From positions 1 to 51,857 of the forward strand of contig JAZNTQ010000027.1 of assembly GCA_045591865.1 (NCBI GenBank): a stretch of DNA of 51,857 nucleotides, read 5' to 3'. This document shows positions 9,847-18,284 of the stretch, one piece after another. The notes under the pieces are model-generated. The model saw only the letters and a program-made list of their open reading frames with translations, did not search any database and had not been told where the DNA came from. The DNA comes from Clostridia bacterium. GTDB lineage: Bacteria > Bacillota > Clostridia > UMGS1883. Position 1 is the first letter of the stretch; the number at the start of each line of letters is the position of its first letter. The position numbers and the translations under genes are program-made.

Positions 9847-11937
9847 ATGAAGCTCATTATTGCCGAAAAACCAAGCCTCGCGAGAAATATCGCAGGCGCA
9901 ATAGGGAATATGAAAAAAACACCTCGCTACTTTGAGGGTGGGGAATATATAGTGACATGGGCTTTCGGTCATCTTTTTTCACTTGCCGATATTGAAAGCT
10001 ACTCTCCAAATCCTGATGGTGACAACCGCTGGACTATGAAAAATCTTCCGTGTTTCCCCGAGAAGTTTGAGTTTGAGCTTAAGAAAAATCAGGATAAAAA
10101 GGTGGACAGCGGTGTAGCCGAGCAGTTTGAAACAATCAAAGCTCTCTGTATGCGCTCCGACGTCGCCGAAATAATAAACGCAGGCGATGCTGACCGCGAG
10201 GGTGAAATAATCGTAAGAACCTGCGTAATGAAAAGCGAGACGGACAAGCCATTTAAAAGGCTTTGGCTTCCCGACCAGACGGAGGAAACCATAAGAGAAG
10301 GGCTTTTATCACTTAAGGATGAAAAGGAATACGACAATCTTGCAAAAGAGGGCTATGCTCGTACCTTTATCGACTGGCTCTACGGAGTTAATCTTACCCG
10401 TTATGCCACGCTTAAAACGGGAACTCTTATGCGTGTAGGCAGAGTTATTGTTCCTATCGTAAAGGCAATCTATGACCGCGATATGCAGATAAGAAATTTC
10501 GTGCCCGACATATACTATGCCCCATATAGCCTCACTGCGCAGGGCGGAGGAGAAATAGAGCTTACAAGCAAGCAGAAATTCAGTAAGGACGAGCTTTCAA
10601 AAGCTCAAACGCTTTGTAATACATATAACGAAAAAAAGGGCGTTGTAACAGATAAAAAAACCAAAAAGGATACCCTTTCGGCAGGAAAGCTCTTTTCTCT
10701 TACAAAGCTCCAGAATGTGCTCGGTAAAAGATATAAAATGCCTATGGAGGAGAGCCTCCGTATAGTTCAGGGGCTTTATGAAAAGGGCTATGTTACATAT
10801 CCCAGAACGAATTCCGAGTATATGGCAACCGCGGAAAAAGGGAAGATAAAGCAGATTCTTTCAGCAGTGGAAAAGCTCGGTTATCCCGTAAAATTCAAAG
10901 ATGGAAAAAATATTTTTGACGACAGTAAAATCGAGTCCCACTCGGCTCTTACTCCCACTCATAAAATCCCCTCAAAGACTGCTCTTTCAGAGGAGGAGGC
11001 AAAGGTTTATTCTACCATAATGCGCCGATTTGTAGCAGTTTTCTGTGCGGAGGATTGTATCGCGCAGAAGAGCGAAATCAAAATAGATGTAGGCGGTATG
11101 GAGGAATTTACTCTCAAGGGAACGATTATTCTTCAGCCAGGCTGGACAAAATACGACGAGTACGGAAAAAAGGACAAAATCCTGCCTAATCTTGAAAAGG
11201 GCGACGTTATAGATGTCAATTTTGCCCCCAAGGAAAAGGAGACATCTCCGCCCAAACATTATACAATCGAAACTCTTAATAACTACCTCAAAAACCCCTT
11301 CCGCGAGGAAAAGGCAAATGCAAAAAGCGAGGACGACGAGGAAGAATACCGCGCAATTTTCGAAGGTCTTGAGCTTGGAACGGAAGCGACAAGAACGGGT
11401 ATTATCGAAAATGCCATTAAGAGTAATTACATTTCTCTCAAAAAAGATGTCTATACAATTCTTCCCGACGGGGAAAACCTTATTAAGTCGCTTATCCGTA
11501 TGGGGATAAGTATGGATAAGTATAAGACGTCGTATCTCGGTCAGGCGCTCAAAAAGGTGTACAAGGGTGAAATCACCGTCAAGGACAGTATTCTTCTCAC
11601 ACAAATGGAAATAGAGAAGGTGTTTGAGAAGAGAAATGATGAAATCGAAAAGGATATCGACGACGGATTTATAGGTGATATTGCAGGAAAGTGTCCTATT
11701 TGCGAAGGAAACGTGGTAAGAACAAAGTTCGGCTACGGATGTGACAGATATAAGGACGGATGCAAATTCAGTGTCAATAATGTGATATTGGGCAGAGTTA
11801 TCTCTCTTTCCAATATGAAAATGCTTCTTGAAAGCGGGAAAACGAGTAAGATAGAAGGCTTTATCTCTAAAAAAACGGGGAAACCATTTTCCGCCGTGCT
11901 CAAGCTTGACAAAGATAAAGTAACCTTTGATTTTTAG
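9847..11937 (+). CDS. topB: DNA topoisomerase III (type IA) with C-terminal zinc-ribbon region
   Basis: MKLIIAEKPS...WAFGHL (Toprim), GDADREGE, YVTYPRTNS (active-site Tyr region), C-terminal CPICEG...GYGCDRYKDGCKF. Start re-set to the ATG at 9847, after GAGGAAGG. Confidence 0.9.
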   Translation: MKLIIAEKPSLARNIAGAIGNMKKTPRYFEGGEYIVTWAFGHLFSLADIESYSPNPDGDNRWTMKNLPCFPEKFEFELKKNQDKKVDSGVAEQFETIKALCMRSDVAEIINAGDADREGEIIVRTCVMKSETDKPFKRLWLPDQTEETIREGLLSLKDEKEYDNLAKEGYARTFIDWLYGVNLTRYATLKTGTLMRVGRVIVPIVKAIYDRDMQIRNFVPDIYYAPYSLTAQGGGEIELTSKQKFSKDELSKAQTLCNTYNEKKGVVTDKKTKKDTLSAGKLFSLTKLQNVLGKRYKMPMEESLRIVQGLYEKGYVTYPRTNSEYMATAEKGKIKQILSAVEKLGYPVKFKDGKNIFDDSKIESHSALTPTHKIPSKTALSEEEAKVYSTIMRRFVAVFCAEDCIAQKSEIKIDVGGMEEFTLKGTIILQPGWTKYDEYGKKDKILPNLEKGDVIDVNFAPKEKETSPPKHYTIETLNNYLKNPFREEKANAKSEDDEEEYRAIFEGLELGTEATRTGIIENAIKSNYISLKKDVYTILPDGENLIKSLIRMGISMDKYKTSYLGQALKKVYKGEITVKDSILLTQMEIEKVFEKRNDEIEKDIDDGFIGDIAGKCPICEGNVVRTKFGYGCDRYKDGCKFSVNNVILGRVISLSNMKMLLESGKTSKIEGFISKKTGKPFSAVLKLDKDKVTFDF

Positions 11938-11948
11938 GAGGAAATACT

Positions 11949-12683
11949 ATGTTTGATGCGCTTAAAGTTAAAAACGAATGCGTAGAGTGGATTAGAAATT
12001 TCTTTGAGGAAAACGGGCCTGGATGCAATGCGGTTGTGGGAATATCAGGCGGAAAGGACAGCTCAATTGTAGCCGCACTTTGCGTTGAGGCGCTTGGCAA
12101 AGACCGAGTTATAGGTGTCCTTATGCCCTGCGGAGAGCAGGCGGATATTTCCTGCTCGTATAAGCTTGTTGAACATCTTGGAATAAAGCATTTCGTGATA
12201 AATGTAAAGAATGCAATAGAGGGACTTAAAGGAGCATTCCCGAAGGAGATAGAGATTACACAGCAGGCAAGCACAAATCTTCCCCCCAGAATAAGAATGG
12301 CAACCCTCTATGCAGTTTCGCAGTGCTTTAACGGACGAGTAGCCAATACCTGTAACCTGTCGGAAGACTATGTAGGCTATTCCACTCGCTATGGCGATGC
12401 GGCAGGTGATTTTTCGCCCCTTGCAAAGATTACTGTAACAGAGCTTAAAGAAATTGGCAGACTTCTGGGACTTCCCATCGATCTCGTTGATAAAACCCCT
12501 ATCGACGGACTTTGCGGAAAGACCGATGAAGAAAATCTTGGCTTCACATATGCTATGCTAGATAGATATATCCGCACAGGCGAAATTGAAGATAAAGAAA
12601 TAAAGGCGAAAATTGACCGCCTTCATAAAATGAATCTTTTTAAGCTTCAATTGATGCCTATGTTTGAGCCGAATAAAGATTAA
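11949..12683 (+). CDS. nadE: Ammonia-dependent NAD+ synthetase
   Basis: 244 aa. PP-loop GISGGKDSS and a short NadE architecture with no glutaminase domain. Confidence 0.88.
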   Translation: MFDALKVKNECVEWIRNFFEENGPGCNAVVGISGGKDSSIVAALCVEALGKDRVIGVLMPCGEQADISCSYKLVEHLGIKHFVINVKNAIEGLKGAFPKEIEITQQASTNLPPRIRMATLYAVSQCFNGRVANTCNLSEDYVGYSTRYGDAAGDFSPLAKITVTELKEIGRLLGLPIDLVDKTPIDGLCGKTDEENLGFTYAMLDRYIRTGEIEDKEIKAKIDRLHKMNLFKLQLMPMFEPNKD

Positions 12684-12719
12684 AAAGACACCGCAGAGTG
12701 ATTACTCTGCGGTGTCTTT
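12684..12719. terminator. Bidirectional terminator between convergent nadE and the XRE gene
   Basis: Perfect 16-bp stem, aaagacaccgcagagt (12684-12699) with actctgcggtgtcttt (12704-12719), and a 4-nt loop. Confidence 0.7.
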
Positions 12720-12720
12720 A

Positions 12721-13047
12721 TTAAGAATTTCTTTTTGCTTTTATAAAGTCAATATATTCAATGACCTTTACTAAATCCTGTTCGCTTAATTCCAAGCAGG
12801 AATCTATAATTGAATTTATTTCTTTTGGAAATGAAGAATCATTATCGGATAGCCTCTTTTCTGACCTGCCTATAATATAGTCAGCGCTTACACCGAATAT
12901 ATCGCAAAGAGTAGAAATTGTTGAGTCCGTTAAAGGTATGCAACCAGTTTCGTATTTTGAGATTGCCGCCCTTTTAACATTAAGCATTTCGCCAAGCTGT
13001 TCTTGTTTCCATCCAAATTCTTTTCGAAGTTCCTTAATTCTATTCAT
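12721..13047 (-). CDS. XRE-family helix-turn-helix transcriptional regulator
   Basis: 108 aa. IKELRKEFGWKQEQLGEMLNVKRAAISKYETG is a classic Cro/C1 HTH. GGAGGTG SD. Confidence 0.85.
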   Translation of the reverse strand: MNRIKELRKEFGWKQEQLGEMLNVKRAAISKYETGCIPLTDSTISTLCDIFGVSADYIIGRSEKRLSDNDSSFPKEINSIIDSCLELSEQDLVKVIEYIDFIKAKRNS

Positions 13048-13137
13048 AGGAACACCTCCAATACACTCTAATTATATAATATCCTGAAAGGAAAACAACA
13101 AATGTTCCTAATTAGAACAAAAATTACAAAAAACAGG

Positions 13138-13166
13138 TTGACAATTTCCTAAAAAGAGAATATAAT
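13138..13166 (+). promoter_or_regulatory. Consensus sigma-A promoter for the 95-aa ORF, with nearby GTTC..GAAC near-palindrome operators
   Basis: TTGACA (13138-13143), 17-nt spacer, TATAAT (13161-13166). Near-palindrome tgttcctaattagaaca at 13103-13119 and a related half-site taagaaca at 13183-13190. Confidence 0.6.
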
Positions 13167-13206
13167 GAGGAAAAATATCTTATTAAGAACATAGGGGAGG
13201 ATAGTA

Positions 13207-13494
13207 ATGGGATTTATTGAGGATTTGTACTACGGGAATATTCATCCGTGGGAGAGAGGTTTTAAAAAAGAAAGCCAATATGCAAAAGAGTTGAAGGTGC
13301 TTTGTGATAATGAACAAGCACTGTTGCATAGATTAAGTGGTAAAGAATTAAAGTTATTTAATGAGTTAGAGCAGGCGGGGGATAAAATAAGAGAAATAAG
13401 CGAAATAGAAAATTTCAAGATAGGTTTCAGGCTTGGAGCAGGATTGATATATGATTTGATTTGTGAGGACAATAGTACATTTAAGAAGATTTAA
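13207..13494 (+). CDS. Small hypothetical helical protein, divergent partner of the XRE regulator
   Basis: 95 aa. GGGGAGG SD 7 nt upstream of the ATG. The N-terminal EDLYYGNIHPWERG motif resembles small proteins I recall seeing next to XRE genes in Clostridia mobile or phage-like regions. That recollection is not verified. Confidence 0.6.
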   Translation: MGFIEDLYYGNIHPWERGFKKESQYAKELKVLCDNEQALLHRLSGKELKLFNELEQAGDKIREISEIENFKIGFRLGAGLIYDLICEDNSTFKKI

Positions 13495-13502
13495 TGCAAA
13501 AC

Positions 13503-13538
13503 AAAAACACATTTGAGAAATTCTCAAATGTGTTTTTT
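13503..13538. terminator. Bidirectional terminator between the 95-aa ORF and rodA
   Basis: Palindrome aacacatttgag (13506-13517) with ctcaaatgtgtt (13523-13534), an A-run before it and a T-run after it. Confidence 0.65.
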
Positions 13539-13539
13539 G

Positions 13540-14667
13540 TTATTCAGTCGGTTCAATATCAAAATCGAATTTAGTTGCCCTTCTTCGCATTCTTACATTC
13601 TGCACAAGTCCTATCGCAATAAAGCACGTCACAAGGTTGCTTCCGCCATAGCTTATAAAGGGGAGAGGAATACCTGTTATCGGCATAAGTCCAAGACACA
13701 TACCGATATTTTCAAATACGTGGAAAAACATCATAGAGCCTACGCCTACGCAAATCATTTCGCCAAATGTATCGTGAGAGCAGCTTCGCGCGTTGTCAAA
13801 GCAGCGGTACACAATCATAAACAAAAGCGCAAAAACGAAAATCGCACCTATAATTCCAAGCTCCTCGCCGATTACGGAGTAGATAAAGTCGGTCTGCTTT
13901 TCGGGAAGATAACCATATTGAGTCTGCGGACCTTTGAGGTATCCGCGTCCCCAGATCATACCGCTTCCGATTGCAAGCTTTGACTGCAGCACGTGATAAC
14001 CGCTTCCCGTCGGGTCTTTTTCGGGGAAGAAGAGCGATATAATTCTGTTTTTCTGATATTCTTCAAGCAAAAACCATATTATCGGGGACACAACCACCCC
14101 TGCGCCCAAAACCCAGAGAATATACTTTTTGTAAAGCCCTGCAAAAAATAGCTCAAATGCAAAGATTACAACGAAAACCATAGCAGTACCAAAGTCAGGC
14201 TGCATAAGAACAGGCGTGATATAGCACAAAAGATGAAGTGCAAGCCCGATAAGAGTTTTTGCAGTATTTATACTTTCATATTTTTTCGAGATGTGAAGCG
14301 ACAGAGTGATTATAAAGCATATCTTTGCAATTTCTGATGGCTGAATAGTGATCGGTCCTAAAACAATCCATCCCTGCGTTCCATGCGATAGCTTACCGAT
14401 TGCAAGAACGAGTATCAGAAGTCCTATTCCTGCCGCAAAAATAAGAAAGCGGAGCTTTTCAAAATATTTGTAGCTGAAAAATATAACGCCGCTCATAGCA
14501 CCAATGCCAAGCACAAGCGCAAGGCTCTGCACAAGAATATGCCTTATGTGTCCATCAAGCGTCCAAGCCGCGCTATTTATGGCAAAAATGCCGATAAGCG
14601 CCGCAATAATACTGCTTATAAGAAGCACCATATCTATTTTATCTGAAAAAAGGTTTATCTTTTTCAT
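13540..14667 (-). CDS. SEDS-family peptidoglycan glycosyltransferase (RodA/FtsW/SpoVE)
   Basis: 375 aa, about 10 TM helices, motifs IQPSEIAKI, PDFGTAMV, LPEKQTDFIYSVIGEELG and GIPLPFISYGGSN. Confidence 0.88.
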   Translation of the reverse strand: MKKINLFSDKIDMVLLISSIIAALIGIFAINSAAWTLDGHIRHILVQSLALVLGIGAMSGVIFFSYKYFEKLRFLIFAAGIGLLILVLAIGKLSHGTQGWIVLGPITIQPSEIAKICFIITLSLHISKKYESINTAKTLIGLALHLLCYITPVLMQPDFGTAMVFVVIFAFELFFAGLYKKYILWVLGAGVVVSPIIWFLLEEYQKNRIISLFFPEKDPTGSGYHVLQSKLAIGSGMIWGRGYLKGPQTQYGYLPEKQTDFIYSVIGEELGIIGAIFVFALLFMIVYRCFDNARSCSHDTFGEMICVGVGSMMFFHVFENIGMCLGLMPITGIPLPFISYGGSNLVTCFIAIGLVQNVRMRRRATKFDFDIEPTE

Positions 14668-14783
14668 AAGTTATCACCTTCCCTTATTGTAGCAGAAAAT
14701 AGGGCGATAATCAATGCTTTTTTAGTGCTGTGCGGTCGATTGTGAAAAAAGTTCCGAAAATTCAAAAATGTGGCAAAAGCAGA

Positions 14784-14812
14784 CTTGATTTTCGGCATAA
14801 GGTGTGATATAG
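14784..14812 (+). promoter_or_regulatory. Sigma-A promoter driving the AT-rich cassette leader
   Basis: TTGATT (14784-14789), 17-nt spacer, TG-a-TATAGT (14804-14812). Confidence 0.5.
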
Positions 14813-15041
14813 TGAAACAAAAGGCGAACAAATGTTTTGGAAGGATAGGTGATTTTATGGATAAAAAAGAAAAAATACATTAGGAAACTGAAGTACAGTC
14901 TACTAATGTATTTAATCACGGATATGCAAAAGCAAATCCTAACCCTATTTGCATTTTATCATATCCGTAAATTAAAAGCAACAAAAAATTTATTTACGGA
15001 GGCGAAAAATAATGAATCGTTGACAGCGATGCAATCGCGAG

Positions 15042-15914
15042 TTGTCTGACCCGTATGCTAATTACGGGTGGAGATGCGCAGAAATATTAGGCATATCGGA
15101 AAATATTTCTGATATCGGGTCAGATGTTTTGAAAAAAATTGAAAATGGAATTGAAAAAGCAGATAATCTTTTTAAGGATAGCAATTTTAATTTCACAGAT
15201 GATCAATGGAAAAATCTGTACTCATCCTTTGCAAAAATGTCATTATGGGATGGAGTAGATGATAAAAAAGTAAAACTAGCAAGAAAAGAAGGCTATTCAG
15301 TATTGAATGGAATAAAAACAAAGGCTACTGAATTTGCCGACTCACTTTCGGAATATTATAAAAGAAACAAAAAGTATAGTCTCACTTATAATATATTGAA
15401 TCCGCCCGAAGATGCTTTTTGGAAAACAGGGGCAGTTGTGCTGGATAAAGCAGGATACCACTTATCAAGTGATTTGCTGAAATTAGCAGCAAGCGGTAGC
15501 GGAAATAAATATATAGCAGAAGAAGGAAGCTATGCATCAAATCTGCTAAAAAATGATAAAGGGATAAACGATTTTGTAAAAAGTAAGATTTGGGAATACG
15601 GAGAAAGCAAAAATAATCCAAATCCTACAATTCCAACTGTAACGCATGAAATTCCTCTTGGAAATGGTGATATAGGTGCGGCTCTGCATAATGTAAAACT
15701 TGATATAAAGGCAAGTAGAGAAGCAGATGGAAAATGGACAGCAAAGGTTAAAGCGAGAGATGACTTTGATTTTACAGAATTTAAAAACCCGTTTAAGCAG
15801 GAATCATTCAAAGAAGGCTTTTTGTGGTTTGCAAATAATTTAGCAACTATAGATTCAAAATTAGGAATGTTGGATACAGTTGGCGTTGAAATAACCTACA
15901 CAAAGAAATTTTAA
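15042..15914 (+). CDS. Hypothetical protein, 290 aa as tracked
   Basis: Long ORF in AT-rich DNA. The TTG start at 15042 has no SD. An SD+ATG at 14998-15014 is in the same frame but is separated from the ORF by TGA at 15021. No signal peptide or recognisable catalytic motif. Helical N-half and mixed C-half. Confidence 0.55.
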   Translation: MSDPYANYGWRCAEILGISENISDIGSDVLKKIENGIEKADNLFKDSNFNFTDDQWKNLYSSFAKMSLWDGVDDKKVKLARKEGYSVLNGIKTKATEFADSLSEYYKRNKKYSLTYNILNPPEDAFWKTGAVVLDKAGYHLSSDLLKLAASGSGNKYIAEEGSYASNLLKNDKGINDFVKSKIWEYGESKNNPNPTIPTVTHEIPLGNGDIGAALHNVKLDIKASREADGKWTAKVKARDDFDFTEFKNPFKQESFKEGFLWFANNLATIDSKLGMLDTVGVEITYTKKF

Positions 15915-15926
15915 AGGAGAAGTCTT

Positions 15927-16646
15927 ATGAAAAGCAAAATTTTAATTATACTTTTGTTTGTTTTTTTCGCGATACCAATTCCTATTGTTATGGTAAGCTT
16001 TTTATTTTCTTTTGTAGTGATAGCCGGCGTGTTTATAGGGGAGCTGCGTTTTGTCGAAACTTTATCTTCTTTATGTGTAATAGCATCAGGGGTTGCGTAT
16101 CTTTTGGGTTATACATATGCGCTCTCAAAAACAAGGGAAGAAAATAGAATTACTGCAAAAACCTTTGTTCCAATAATAAGCGGTCTGTTAGCGGTAATTC
16201 TTTTGCTTCTGTTAAAACCGACAAATAACTATACGGATATAACAACACCGTATTTTGGATTCACAAAGAAAGATTTTTCTGTTGTTGATGAACTCGACAC
16301 ACATGGCGGATTTCAAGGGGAAGGTTTACATTATCTTGTTTTAGATTGTTCTGATAACAAAGAGAAAGCATTGGAGATAGTAAAGGATTGGAAAAAACTT
16401 CCCTTGTCAAAAAATATTAATCATATTATGTATGGTGAAGAAGACATTAATTACGAAATTAATTTAGCTGGAGAAGCACATATTCCCAAAATAGTAAATG
16501 GGTATTACATATTTGAAGATAGCCAGGCGGAAGGTAAGGATAACAGAGATGATTCTAAATTATTTAATAGGTCTTCGTTCAATTTTGAAATAGCCATTTA
16601 TGATTGTGATGCTGATAGAATGTATTACGTTGAGTTTGATACTTAA
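15927..16646 (+). CDS. Hypothetical membrane protein (3-4 TM helices plus a C-terminal soluble domain)
   Basis: 239 aa. AAAGGAGAAG SD. Hydrophobic N-terminal 100 aa, then a soluble domain with DTHGGFQGEGLHYLVL...WKKLPL. It starts 12 nt after the preceding ORF. Confidence 0.65.
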   Translation: MKSKILIILLFVFFAIPIPIVMVSFLFSFVVIAGVFIGELRFVETLSSLCVIASGVAYLLGYTYALSKTREENRITAKTFVPIISGLLAVILLLLLKPTNNYTDITTPYFGFTKKDFSVVDELDTHGGFQGEGLHYLVLDCSDNKEKALEIVKDWKKLPLSKNINHIMYGEEDINYEINLAGEAHIPKIVNGYYIFEDSQAEGKDNRDDSKLFNRSSFNFEIAIYDCDADRMYYVEFDT

Positions 16647-16671
16647 CAAAAAATAATTTGTTCGCCTTAAA

Positions 16672-16704
16672 AAAGGGCAGAGAATTTTTCTCTGCCCTTT
16701 TCTT
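16672..16704. terminator. Terminator between the cassette and the convergent deacetylase gene
   Basis: Stem aaagggcagaga (16672-16683) with tctctgcccttt (16689-16700), then a T-run. Confidence 0.7.
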
Positions 16705-17459
16705 TACCCCTTTATTTGTCTTCCTGTGTTGTCGATTGTATAATTTTCCTTATAAATTAAATCACTGACCTTCGCAAACGAAAGCCCCTTTTCCTCAAGC
16801 TTGGTTAAAATACTGTCAAGGCTTTCTGCGGTGTGGGCAGTCCCATTATGAAAAAGCAGTATATCACCGCTTTTTGCTTTGGGGACGATTCTCTCCGTCA
16901 TCTGCGCGCAGTTAAGATTGCGCCAGTCAAGAGAGTCGAGCGACCACTGGATATATTCCATTCCTGCACTTTTGCATACCTCGATTACGGAATTGTTATA
17001 ATCGCCTGACGGTGCGCGGAATAGCACGGGCGAAACCCCGCACGCTTTTTTTATAGACTCATTTGCTTTTTTCATATCCTCAAGCATTTTATCATGCGAA
17101 AGAGTAGTATAATGAGTATGATTATAGCTGTGATTTCCTATTTCGTGACCGTCTGCCACTATCTTTTTCATCGCGCCTTCATTTTTCTCCGCCCATGAGC
17201 CAAGCACGAAAAATGTTGCGTTGCAGTTATGCTTTTTCAGGGTGGAGAGAATCCCTTCAATGTCATCACTGCCCCACGCACAGTCAAAAGTGACCGCTAC
17301 CTTGTTGTCGGTCCTCTCCACGCTGTAGATGGGAATAAGTCTCGGAGTTGAGGAAACTGTCTGCACTGTGCCCTTGCTTAATACTGCGCCTATCCCTATC
17401 ACAAAGCATATTAGCGCAAAGGTCATCACTCTGTATTTGTCAGTTACGAATATTTTCAT
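16704..17459 (-). CDS. Polysaccharide deacetylase (NodB domain), PdaA/PdaB-like
   Basis: MKIFVTDKYRVMTFALICF (signal/anchor), then VAVTFDCAWG, ATFFVLG, GHEIGNHSYNH, FRAPSGDY, LFHNG. Start re-set to the ATG at 17459, after GAAAGGA. The track ORF extends to 17585 inside cwlD. Confidence 0.85.
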   Translation of the reverse strand: MKIFVTDKYRVMTFALICFVIGIGAVLSKGTVQTVSSTPRLIPIYSVERTDNKVAVTFDCAWGSDDIEGILSTLKKHNCNATFFVLGSWAEKNEGAMKKIVADGHEIGNHSYNHTHYTTLSHDKMLEDMKKANESIKKACGVSPVLFRAPSGDYNNSVIEVCKSAGMEYIQWSLDSLDWRNLNCAQMTERIVPKAKSGDILLFHNGTAHTAESLDSILTKLEEKGLSFAKVSDLIYKENYTIDNTGRQIKG

Positions 17460-18165
17460 TTTTTTCATTCCTTTCATAATAATTTTCAATTCCTTTTGCA
17501 ATAGCTTTTGCCAGCGCGTCCTGATACTTTTCTGTGCCAAGCAGCTTTTCTTCATCAAAATTGGAAAGAAATCCGCATTCCACAATCACCGCAGGGATTT
17601 GCGCATTTTTGAGGAGAAAAATCCCCGAAGGAGCTTTAAGATGCTCTCTTTTTGATTTATTGTCGGGGAGAGAATGAAGCTCTTTTTGAATAATTCCTGC
17701 AAGCTCTTCCGATTCTTTATAGTTTCCCGAATAAATAACCTGCGCTCCGCGGTAAACTGAAGACGTGAATTTATTCATATGTATGCTCACAAACATATCC
17801 GCCCCTGCAGAATTCATTATTTCAAGTCTCTTTTTCATATCGCTTTTCTTCCTTGAAGAAATCCCTTTTTCATCTTCACATATAGAATTTTCGTCTTCAC
17901 GTGTCATAATCACATCGTATCCTTTTTTATTAAGAAGCTTTTGTATTTTTTTTGCGATTTTAATATTAAGCTCACTCTCGATAGTGCCGCTTGCACCTAT
18001 AGCCCCTCCGTCGGGAAGCCCATGCCCTGCGTCAAGGACAATACGCTTTGTGATGCTTCCCGAAAACACCCCAGAGCTTTGATGATGAATAGTAAGAGAT
18101 AGAAATGCCAGCATAGCTATAAAAATTGTAAAAACAATAATTTTTCTGCGAGGAATAAAAATCAT
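17440..18165 (-). CDS. cwlD: N-acetylmuramoyl-L-alanine amidase, CwlD-like (germination-specific)
   Basis: MIFIPRRKIIVFTIFIAMLAF (anchor), IVLDAGHGLPDGGA, ELNIKIAKK, RLEIMNSAGADMFVSIHMN, ECGFLSN. Start re-set to the ATG at 18165, after AGAGGTGG. Confidence 0.85.
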   Translation of the reverse strand: MIFIPRRKIIVFTIFIAMLAFLSLTIHHQSSGVFSGSITKRIVLDAGHGLPDGGAIGASGTIESELNIKIAKKIQKLLNKKGYDVIMTREDENSICEDEKGISSRKKSDMKKRLEIMNSAGADMFVSIHMNKFTSSVYRGAQVIYSGNYKESEELAGIIQKELHSLPDNKSKREHLKAPSGIFLLKNAQIPAVIVECGFLSNFDEEKLLGTEKYQDALAKAIAKGIENYYERNEKNENIRN

Positions 18166-18284
18166 AGAACCACCTCTTTTATATGTATATATAAGGAATT
18201 TACAGATATTCATATTATTTTTGGAATATCTTTTCCATTTTCTGAATATAATTAAAAACATACATATAAAAGGAGTTGTACGAC

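Noticed and set aside
13513-13983. 156-aa + strand ORF antisense to rodA.
   Set aside because: It starts inside the bidirectional terminator, has no SD and gives a His/Lys/Arg-rich nonsense composition. The opposite strand encodes a textbook SEDS protein.
15021-15023. The in-frame TGA as selenocysteine or a reassigned codon.
   Set aside because: Every other gene in the window ends normally, TGA appears as an ordinary stop (for example cwlD), and no SECIS-like hairpin follows. A nonsense mutation, a uORF or a sequencing error is simpler.
14849-15049. 66-aa Lys/Ile-rich ORF spanning the cassette leader.
   Set aside because: The GTG start directly abuts the purine tract with no proper SD spacing, and the composition is what AT-rich non-coding DNA yields. 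I cannot fully exclude a small peptide, so I treat the region as leader RNA.
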